Source: Gammaproteobacteria bacterium (GTDB taxonomy: Bacteria > Pseudomonadota > Gammaproteobacteria > Steroidobacterales > Rariloculaceae). Taken from it: a stretch of DNA of 64,000 nucleotides. This document shows, piece by piece, positions 17,493 through 25,021 of the stretch. The stretch lies in assembly GCA_050485685.1 (NCBI GenBank), contig JBJHBW010000001.1:146118-210117 (forward strand), written 5' to 3'. The translations under genes and the position numbers were made by a program. The notes below the pieces were generated by a model. That model had not been told where the DNA came from and ran no database searches. It saw nothing but the letters and a program-made list of their open reading frames with translations. Each line of letters starts with the position of its first letter. Position 1 is the first letter of the stretch.

Positions 17493-18578
17493 TCATGTCA
17501 ATGGCGCCGCGCCAGGCACTGCTGGCACCTGCTGCGTCAGGCAGTGAATCGCGCCCAGACCCGCCACCAGCACGCGGCAATCCACCGGGACGACGCGGCG
17601 GCCGGGGAAACACTCACGCAGCACACCGGCGGCTTTGTCGTCGGCGGTGCAGCCGAATGTGGGCAGCAGCACCGCCTCATTGGTAATGAGAAAGTTCGCG
17701 TAACTTGCCGGAAGGCGTTCATCACCGTGATACACCGGCTCGGGCATCGGCAGTTCCAGCACCTCAAGCCGCTGTCCGCTCGTCAGCCGCACCTGATCCA
17801 GGAACTCGCGATTTGCAGCCAGCGGTGCGTGATTGGGATCATCACGACGTGGCTCAACCACGGTGACCACGGTGTCCGGCGCGACGAAGCGCGTCAGGTC
17901 GTCGATATGGCCGTCAGTGTCATCGCCAACGATGCCGTCGCCCAGCCAGATCACCTGACGTACGCCCAGTGCATCCATCAGCAGCTGCTCGATTGCGCCA
18001 CGGTCCAGCGAAGGATTGCGATTCGGATTGAGCAGGCACTGCTCGGTGGTCAGCACCGCACCCTCGCCATTGACGTCTATGGAACCGCCCTCCAGCACCG
18101 CACTGTAGGCCACGCTGGGAACGCCGAGTATGTCGGCCATCGCGCGCGCAACCTTTCTATCAAGATCGAAAGGCGGATACTTCCCGCCCCAGGCGTTGTA
18201 GTCGAAATCCAGCGCCAGCAGCGGCTGCGTCTCATGATCGCGGGTGACGAATATGGCGCCGTGATCGCGCGCCCACGCGTCATTGGTCGGCACCACATGC
18301 AGAACCACGCGCTCAGGTGGCGCCACCGGATCGAGCAGCGCTGCCACGTGGCGGCGGTGTTCATCGCTGAGCACATTGACATACAGCGGCTCGCTGGCTG
18401 CGATCGCGGCGGCCAGCTGCACCATCGCCGGCTCCACCTGATCGAAAAGCCCGGGCCAGGTGTCACGGTTATGCGGCCAAGAGATCCAGGTTGCCGTGTG
18501 CGGCGCCCATTCGGCCGGCATGCGGTAACCGGCGGCCGCCGGTGACGGCGCAGATGGATTCGTTTCAGCAGGATTCAT
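17493..18578 (-). CDS. aguA: Agmatine deiminase
   Basis: MPAEWAPH...WISWPH near the N-terminus and C-terminal GLGAIHCLTQQVP with the catalytic Cys. The start at ATG 18578 gives 19 aa before MPAEW, as in the Pseudomonas AguA I recall. Confidence 0.9.
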   Translation of the reverse strand: MNPAETNPSAPSPAAAGYRMPAEWAPHTATWISWPHNRDTWPGLFDQVEPAMVQLAAAIAASEPLYVNVLSDEHRRHVAALLDPVAPPERVVLHVVPTNDAWARDHGAIFVTRDHETQPLLALDFDYNAWGGKYPPFDLDRKVARAMADILGVPSVAYSAVLEGGSIDVNGEGAVLTTEQCLLNPNRNPSLDRGAIEQLLMDALGVRQVIWLGDGIVGDDTDGHIDDLTRFVAPDTVVTVVEPRRDDPNHAPLAANREFLDQVRLTSGQRLEVLELPMPEPVYHGDERLPASYANFLITNEAVLLPTFGCTADDKAAGVLRECFPGRRVVPVDCRVLVAGLGAIHCLTQQVPAVPGAAPLT

Positions 18579-18724
18579 GGCTTGCGGCGTCTTGACTCGG
18601 GTTTCCAGAATGCGGTAACGCGATCGGGTGCGGACCTGGCCGCCCCGGCAGTCCGGATTGATCCGGAAAAGGGGCGCGATCATACCGTCAGACATCTCAA
18701 TAGCGAAGGCGTTATGATGCGGCC

Positions 18725-19351
18725 ATGCGAATTGTCACGCTATTTCTCCTGCTGACCTGCCTCTGGCCGGGTGCTTTCACAAGCGCATTTGCGCAGGCGC
18801 CGGCCGGTGGCCGGCTGCTGGTCGCAATGCCTGCGATGGACGATCCGAATTTCGCCGAATCCGTCGTGCTGCTGATCGAACACGGCGAACAGGGCAGTTT
18901 CGGCATCCTGATCAATCGTCCCACCTGGGTGTCTCCCGATGAAATCCTGCCGCAGATCGCTGACTACGCCGACTACACCGGCAGCCTGTTCCGCGGTGGC
19001 CCGATGCTGCCGACCACCCCGGTGATGCTGATCCGCAGCGAGGAACTCGCCGAGCGCGGCGCGCGGCCGCTGCTGGGAGATATCTTCGTGACCACGGAGG
19101 TGGAGATTCTCGCGGACCTCGAGCAGCCGCAGTGGAACCCCGGTGTGCTCCGGCTGTTTGCCGGCCATGCCGCCTGGGAGCCGGGAAATCTCGAGCGCGA
19201 AATCGCGAACGGCTACTGGACTGTAGTCAGCGCCAGTGAGGATCTCATCTTCACCGACGACACGGCCGGCTTATGGCAACGGCTGGTCCGGGGCGACGGA
19301 TCGGACGTCAACCGCGGGGCAGCTCAGCCAGCCGCCGACCGCACCTTGTAG
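18725..19351 (+). CDS. YqgE/AlgH-family protein with an N-terminal signal-peptide-like extension
   Basis: LLVAMPAMDDPNFAESVVLLIEHGEQGSFGILINRP is the AlgH/UPF0301 signature. It is preceded by MRIVTLFLLLTCLWPGAFTSAFA. Confidence 0.8.
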   Translation: MRIVTLFLLLTCLWPGAFTSAFAQAPAGGRLLVAMPAMDDPNFAESVVLLIEHGEQGSFGILINRPTWVSPDEILPQIADYADYTGSLFRGGPMLPTTPVMLIRSEELAERGARPLLGDIFVTTEVEILADLEQPQWNPGVLRLFAGHAAWEPGNLEREIANGYWTVVSASEDLIFTDDTAGLWQRLVRGDGSDVNRGAAQPAADRTL

Positions 19352-20094
19352 TTACCCCGCGTCTCGTCCAGTTCCAGGCGAATCACGCCCTGCTTCTGGG
19401 CGTCCTCCAGCAGTTCGGAAAAATTCCGGTAGCCGTAGTAGCTCTCGTTGAATCCGGGATACACACGCTTTACGGTCTGCTTCACCAGCGAACCCCAGAT
19501 CGGGTCGTAATCCGCCTCCAGTGACTCCACGGTTTGCGCCAGGCGTTCGAACACCTCCTGCTGCTTCGCGGACTGTCCCTTGGTTGTGCGTGTCTTCGGC
19601 CGCTCCGACGCGCGAATCAGGTCGTCGTAGAAAATGAACTCATCGCAGTTCGATGCCAGCAGGTCGGACGTGGAGCTGCGCACGCCGCAGCCCATGACAC
19701 GCTTGTCGTTCTCTTTCAGCTTCGACACCAGTGGCGAAAAATCGCTGTCGCCGGTGAGCAGCGCGAAGGTGTCGATATGGGTCTTGGAATAACAAAGGTC
19801 CAGCGCATCCACGACCATACGTATGTCGGCGCTGTTCTTGCCGCTGACATTGGAGCGCGGAATGTCAACCATTTCGAAGCCGTGCAGGTGAAACTCGCGC
19901 GTGAAATTCTGGAAGCGGCTCCAGTCGCAATAGGCGCGCTTGAACACGATTCGGCCGCGTTCCAGCAGTCGCTTCAGGACCAGCTCCATCTGGAACCGGC
20001 CCTTCTTGCTCTGTTCAGCGCCCAGCGCAAGGTTCTCGAAATCGACGAATACGGCGATTGTCAGCTCCGAACGCGTTGCCGGATCCATGCTCAT
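19324..20094 (-). CDS. NYN-domain (LabA-like) protein with C-terminal OST-HTH/LOTUS-like domain
   Basis: IAVFVDFENL...YCDW...SGKNSADIRMVVDALD...ALLTGDSDFSPLV matches the NYN/PIN-like nuclease core. The C-terminal YGYRNFSELLEDAQKQGVI resembles OST-HTH. The start ATG at 20094 (MSMDPATR) was chosen, and the upstream Arg/Pro-rich part of the track ORF was rejected. Confidence 0.8.
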   Translation of the reverse strand: MSMDPATRSELTIAVFVDFENLALGAEQSKKGRFQMELVLKRLLERGRIVFKRAYCDWSRFQNFTREFHLHGFEMVDIPRSNVSGKNSADIRMVVDALDLCYSKTHIDTFALLTGDSDFSPLVSKLKENDKRVMGCGVRSSTSDLLASNCDEFIFYDDLIRASERPKTRTTKGQSAKQQEVFERLAQTVESLEADYDPIWGSLVKQTVKRVYPGFNESYYGYRNFSELLEDAQKQGVIRLELDETRGNYKVRSAAG

Positions 20095-20341
20095 TCGCTC
20101 CCTGCTCCCGTCTGTGCCGTGGGGCGGGCATGATCGGGCATGGTGGCGCAAGTCGCAAGCCGCGCCCGGGCAACGACCACCTGTGCGCAGCCCATGCGCC
20201 ACCGCCCCCCCCGGGCGCTGGTGTCGTTCCATCCGCCTGTCACTGGTGGGGCGAGGTCCTGTAGGCTGACGGCAGCGAAGTGAATCGGGAGGGCGTGCCA
20301 TCAGCAGCGACCCCGGAACCCCAGGCCGCTGGCGCCTTGCC

Positions 20342-21229
20342 GTGCATGGCGGTGCCGGATCAGCGCAACGCGGTCGCACCGGGCTGGCCGAGGAGCATGC
20401 GGTGCTTGCCGAGGCGCTGGAGGCCGGTGCAGCCCTGCTGCGCACCGGCCAGCGCAGCACAGCCGCGGTCGAAGCCGCGGTGCGTGCACTGGAGGACTCC
20501 CCGTTGTTCAACGCCGGTCGCGGCGCCGTCTACAACGCCGCCGGCGAGCACGAGCTGGATGCATCCATCATGGATGGTGAATCCCTGCGCGCCGGGGCAG
20601 TCGCGGCCGTGCAGGGCATACGCAACCCGGTGTCGCTCGCCAGAGCCATCATGGACCGGGGCAAGGAAGTGTTGGTGGCCGGTAGCGGCGCCGCCATGCT
20701 CGCACGCGAACTCGGATTCGCACTGGCCGAGGCTGACTACTTTCACACCGAGCGACGCTGGCGCGCACTGCAGAGCGCACGCGCCGCCGGCACCGGACCG
20801 CCCGCACCCGAAAGGGACTTCAGCACCGTCGGCGCCGTGGCGCTCGATACCGATGGTCATGTCGCCGCCGCAACATCCACCGGCGGCCTGACGAACAAGC
20901 GCCCGGGTCGTGTCGGCGACTCCGCGATCATCGGCGCAGGCACCTGGGCCTGCGATGACAGCTGTGCGGTGTCGGCCACCGGCAGCGGGGAACACCTGAT
21001 GCGCGCGACCATGGCGCGCAGCATCGCGGCAGTCATCGAACACAGAGGATTTTCACTGACCGAAGCACTTACCGAGGCGATGCAGCGCCTGGAGACGATT
21101 CACGGTCTGGGTGGCGTCATTGCGATCAGCCCGAAAGGCGAGATGGAATTCGCGTTCAATACCGACATCATGTTTCGCGGCCTGATCGGCAACGACCTGC
21201 CGCGATGGACCGGTGTCGGCAAGCCCTGA
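20342..21229 (+). CDS. Isoaspartyl peptidase / L-asparaginase (Ntn-hydrolase)
   Basis: HGGAG at the N-terminus and the autoprocessing site GTVGAVALD-type motif (STVGAVALDTDGHVAAATSTGGLTNKRPGRVGDS). The first canonical start is the GTG at 20342. A GGGAGGG Shine-Dalgarno with an in-frame ATC at 20300 suggests a longer N-terminus (see findings). Confidence 0.85.
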   Translation: MHGGAGSAQRGRTGLAEEHAVLAEALEAGAALLRTGQRSTAAVEAAVRALEDSPLFNAGRGAVYNAAGEHELDASIMDGESLRAGAVAAVQGIRNPVSLARAIMDRGKEVLVAGSGAAMLARELGFALAEADYFHTERRWRALQSARAAGTGPPAPERDFSTVGAVALDTDGHVAAATSTGGLTNKRPGRVGDSAIIGAGTWACDDSCAVSATGSGEHLMRATMARSIAAVIEHRGFSLTEALTEAMQRLETIHGLGGVIAISPKGEMEFAFNTDIMFRGLIGNDLPRWTGVGKP

Positions 21230-21245
21230 TGTTTCGGCAACGCGT

Positions 21246-22226
21246 TCAGGCGTCCGGCGACAGATGCCCCCACAGCGACTGAAATGCGAGCCGCACGAAA
21301 TCATCTGCTGGCCCCAGCCGCGCAGTGAACTCGCTCGCCGGCTGCGCTTCCACAGCCTCAGCCGGACTGTAGCCGCGATTGAGCATCTGGCGCAGGCGCA
21401 CGGACAGCGTCTGGTACGCCTCGCGCTGGAACTCGAGGTCGGCCTGCGTCAGCAATGCGCCCTGCGCCGGCACGATCAGCGTATCGGCGTCGACGTGTGT
21501 CTGCAGCGTGCGCACCCCTTCGGCAAGCCCGCTGATCCAGCCGCCGGTCCACCAGTCCATGAACGGCCATCCGGCGCCGGAAGCGACATCACCGGTGAGC
21601 AGCACATTGGCATTGCGGAACAGGACACCGATGTCGCCATCGGTATGCGCCTGACGAAGATAGAAACACTCGACCGTCTCGTCACCAAGAATGAACGACT
21701 CGGTGCTGTAGAACGTGTCATTCGGTCGTGCCGCTTCGGGCAGCGGATCGTGGGTGACGGCTTCCCACGGGCGCGTGATGTCGGTGGTCAGCCACAGGCG
21801 GGTATTTTCGTGCGCAATGATGCGTGCGCCGGAACGGCCCAGTATGTCGTTCGCACCGGTCTGTTCCGGATGCCAGTGCGTATTGATCAGCGTGTGCACC
21901 GGCCCTGAGTCCGGCAGCGCGCGCACCGCCTGCAGCAGCGCATCGGCATGCGCCGCAAGGCCGCCATCGACCAGCAGCACACCGCCGTCCACACCCGTCA
22001 GCGCAACGCTGTTCACACCGGCGCCCTGCAGCAGCCAGAGATTGTCGCGCAGGCGGGTGGACTCGATCACGCCCGTGGCCGGGCTGTCCGCCCGCGGCAG
22101 CGCCGGATCACCGGACTCGGCGCCGATGGGCTGTTGCGCGAACACCGGCCGAAGTGCTGCCGGCAATGCGAGACCTCCCGCACTGCCCAGTGTCGCTTTC
22201 AGTATGGTTCTGCGATTCGCCCGCAT
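21246..22226 (-). CDS. Tat-exported MBL-fold metallo-hydrolase
   Basis: Twin-arginine signal MRANRRTILKATLGSAGGLALPAAL. MBL motif variant NTHWHPEQTG and a downstream AHTDGD. Confidence 0.8.
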   Translation of the reverse strand: MRANRRTILKATLGSAGGLALPAALRPVFAQQPIGAESGDPALPRADSPATGVIESTRLRDNLWLLQGAGVNSVALTGVDGGVLLVDGGLAAHADALLQAVRALPDSGPVHTLINTHWHPEQTGANDILGRSGARIIAHENTRLWLTTDITRPWEAVTHDPLPEAARPNDTFYSTESFILGDETVECFYLRQAHTDGDIGVLFRNANVLLTGDVASGAGWPFMDWWTGGWISGLAEGVRTLQTHVDADTLIVPAQGALLTQADLEFQREAYQTLSVRLRQMLNRGYSPAEAVEAQPASEFTARLGPADDFVRLAFQSLWGHLSPDA

Positions 22227-22572
22227 GTCTCATTTCCCCCACCCGGGACCCGCAAGTCTGTTCCCCTGCGGCAGGACCCGCTACCCGCTGCTCATGCCCG
22301 TAGTGTGCATCAGATCGACTTGCGGCCGCCATGGGCCCGCACAGACTCGAAAACCCGCCTCCGGCGCTGAAACTCCGGCAGGGCACGGGTACAATCAGGG
22401 ATCGTCTCCTGCCCTGGCATTGGAGAAGGGAAGGTCTGCGTCCAGTCTGCACCACACAACAACCACAGGGGGAGCAGCTATCAGTACCGCAGATTCACGC
22501 CCGCGCAGCCGGCTGCGCGGATGGGGTCGCACCGACCGCCACGCGGCAGCCTGCGCGCTGCTGCTCGCGGGC

Positions 22573-25008
22573 ATGGTGGCCGGTTGCGGCTCCGCGCCTT
22601 CGCCTGAAGTGCTCATTGCCGAGCATTCGGCCACACTGAACCGATATTGCCTTGACTGCCACAACCAGGCGGAACAGGCAGGCGACCTGTCGCTGGAGCG
22701 GGTGGAACTGGCCGAACTCGGCCGGCACGCTGACGTTCTCGAAGAAGTCGTGCGCAAACTGCGCGGCAGGCTTATGCCACCTCCTGGCAATCCGCAACTG
22801 TCTGACGAGACGCTGTGGTCGCTGGTCAGCTGGCTGGAACAGGGCCTTGATGCGCAGGCCATGGCCGACCCACAGCCCGGCAGGGTCGCACTGCACCGCC
22901 TGAACCGGCGCGAGTATTCGAACGCTGTCCGCGACCTGCTCGCACTTGAGGTCGATGCCGCGCAACTGCTGCCACAGGACGACACTGCCTCCGGCTTCGA
23001 CAACATCGCCTCGGCACTGCAGGTATCCCCTTCGTTTCTGGAACAGTACGTCGGCGCTGCGCGCCAGGTTGCCGTACGCGCGGTCGGCCAGAGCGCACCG
23101 CGACCCGGCAGCCGCACCTACAACGTACGCAGCGGCAATCAGCAGAACCACGTGCCGGGGCTTCCGCTGGGCACGCGCGGCGGCGCCATGGTCGAACACG
23201 ATTTTCCGGTCACCGGCGAATACATGCTGAACATCGCCGACCTCGCCCAGGCACTGTGGGTCTACAACATGGAGTTCGAAAACCACCTCGTGGTGACGCT
23301 CAACGGCGAGCGGGTGTTCGAGACGACCATAGGCGGCGACGACGACATGCGCGCCATAGACCAGGATCAGGACCCGGCCGTGGACGCCATCAACCGGCGT
23401 CTCAAGAACATCCGTTTTCACGCCCCGGCGGGTCCGCAACAGGTCGGCGTCACGTTCGTGCGGCGCACCCTCGCCGAATCGGATGACCGGCTGCGGCCTT
23501 TTGCGCCCGGGGGTGGCCAGGACCGCGTGCTGCGCATACAGTCTTTCGAGATCAGCGGGCCGTTCGTCAGCGAAGGCCTGGACAGCACCCCGAGTCGCGA
23601 CCGCATTTTCAGCTGCTATCCCGACAGTGAGGCCGACGCGCGCCCCTGCGCTGAAAGCATACTCAACCGGCTGGCCCGGCAGGCTTACCGGCGGCCGGTC
23701 AACGACGCCGACATTGCCGAGCTGATGGATTATTACGACGATGGCGCCAGTGGCGGCGGTTTCGAAGAAGGCGTACGCACAGCCCTCACCGGACTGCTGG
23801 CCAGTCCCTGGTTCCTCTACCGTGCCGAACAGATCCCGGAAACCCGGCATGCGGACGGCAGTTACCGCATCAGCGATCTCGAGTTTGCATCACGGCTGTC
23901 GTTCTTCCTGTGGAGTTCGCTGCCCGACGATGAACTGCTGGAGCTGGCCCTGAGCGGCGGGCTTTCCGATCCGGCGGTACGCGAGCAGCAGGTGCGGCGC
24001 ATGCTCGCCGATCGCCGCGCCGAGTCGCTGGCAACCAGCTTCGCGCACCAGTGGCTGCATCTGGATCACCTCAGTGAAGTCAATCCGGACAGCGTGATCT
24101 TCCCGTACGCATCCGGCACGGCGGACCCGCGACCGCACTATCTGCAGGAAATCACCCTGTTCGTGGACAGCATCTTTCGCAACGACCGCAACGTGGTCGA
24201 GCTGTTGTCGGCCAGTTACTCCTATCTCAACGAGCCGCTGGCGCTGCTGTATGGCGAGACGGGCGTGAAGGGCAATCACTTCCGTCGGGTGGAGCTGTCG
24301 CATTCGGCTCGCCGCGGCCTGCTCGGCAAGGGCGCGATACTGATGGCCTCGTCCTACCCGAATCGCACTGCGCCTGTGCTGCGTGGCGCCTACATACTCG
24401 AGAACATTCTCGGCACACCGCCCGCCCCTCCGCTGCCCGACGTGGAAGCACTGGCTGACAGCGGCACAACGGGCCGTGACATGCTGACAGTGCGCGAACT
24501 GATGGCCCGTCACAGCCAGGATCCATCCTGCTTCTCCTGCCACGGCGTCATGGATCCGCTCGGCTTCGCACTGGAGAACTTCAACGCGGTGGGCCTGTGG
24601 CGCGACCGTGACCGCTTTGCCGGCGTACCGGTGGATGCCAGCGGCGAACTGCCGGACGGCACGCTGATCAATGGCCCGGACGACCTTCGCGAGGCGCTGT
24701 TGCGCCGTCCCGACCAGTTCGTGCAGACACTGACCGAAAGACTGATGACCTATGCCCTGGGCCGGGAAATCACCCACCACGACATGCCCGTGGTGCGCTC
24801 AATCGTGCGTGAGGCGGCACGCAACGACTACCGGTTCTCATCTCTGATCATGGGTATCGTGGAAAGCACACCGTTCACGATGCGTCGCGTCAGTCCTGAC
24901 GAGGGCGGCACCGTGACCGCATCGGCGGGATCAACGACCACACCGGCATCGACATCTGCATCGCAATCACCAGATACACCGACACTGGCGCAGTTCACAG
25001 CGCGCTGA
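22573..25008 (+). CDS. Large periplasmic heme-binding protein of the DUF1587/DUF1592/DUF1595/DUF1585/DUF1588 (planctomycete PSCyt/PSD-type) family; start uncertain (22480-22573)
   Basis: Two CxxCH motifs are present: CLDCH at 22648-22662 and CFSCH at 24529-24543. The long alpha-rich body has motifs I associate with these DUFs (LMPPPGNPQ, FLWSSLPDDELL, MDPLGFALENF). The first ATG is at 22573, but the lipobox-like LAGMVAGC spans it. The track ORF start at 21715 is antisense to the MBL gene and was rejected. Confidence 0.85.
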   Translation: MVAGCGSAPSPEVLIAEHSATLNRYCLDCHNQAEQAGDLSLERVELAELGRHADVLEEVVRKLRGRLMPPPGNPQLSDETLWSLVSWLEQGLDAQAMADPQPGRVALHRLNRREYSNAVRDLLALEVDAAQLLPQDDTASGFDNIASALQVSPSFLEQYVGAARQVAVRAVGQSAPRPGSRTYNVRSGNQQNHVPGLPLGTRGGAMVEHDFPVTGEYMLNIADLAQALWVYNMEFENHLVVTLNGERVFETTIGGDDDMRAIDQDQDPAVDAINRRLKNIRFHAPAGPQQVGVTFVRRTLAESDDRLRPFAPGGGQDRVLRIQSFEISGPFVSEGLDSTPSRDRIFSCYPDSEADARPCAESILNRLARQAYRRPVNDADIAELMDYYDDGASGGGFEEGVRTALTGLLASPWFLYRAEQIPETRHADGSYRISDLEFASRLSFFLWSSLPDDELLELALSGGLSDPAVREQQVRRMLADRRAESLATSFAHQWLHLDHLSEVNPDSVIFPYASGTADPRPHYLQEITLFVDSIFRNDRNVVELLSASYSYLNEPLALLYGETGVKGNHFRRVELSHSARRGLLGKGAILMASSYPNRTAPVLRGAYILENILGTPPAPPLPDVEALADSGTTGRDMLTVRELMARHSQDPSCFSCHGVMDPLGFALENFNAVGLWRDRDRFAGVPVDASGELPDGTLINGPDDLREALLRRPDQFVQTLTERLMTYALGREITHHDMPVVRSIVREAARNDYRFSSLIMGIVESTPFTMRRVSPDEGGTVTASAGSTTTPASTSASQSPDTPTLAQFTAR

Positions 25009-25021
25009 GGAGAAACGGGCC

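Noticed and set aside
20094-20342. 248-nt intergenic region between the NYN gene and the isoaspartyl peptidase gene, checked for a tRNA or small RNA gene
   Set aside because: No T-loop (GGTTCGA-like) or cloverleaf-compatible arms were recognisable. It contains a C8 run and the Shine-Dalgarno discussed above, but nothing I can call as an RNA gene.
21715-22470. 5' extension of the 1097-aa ORF (DUF1592-type gene) back to 21715
   Set aside because: The extension runs antisense through the Tat-MBL hydrolase gene and encodes Ser/Arg/Ala-rich low-complexity sequence. The recognisable protein starts near 22480-22573.
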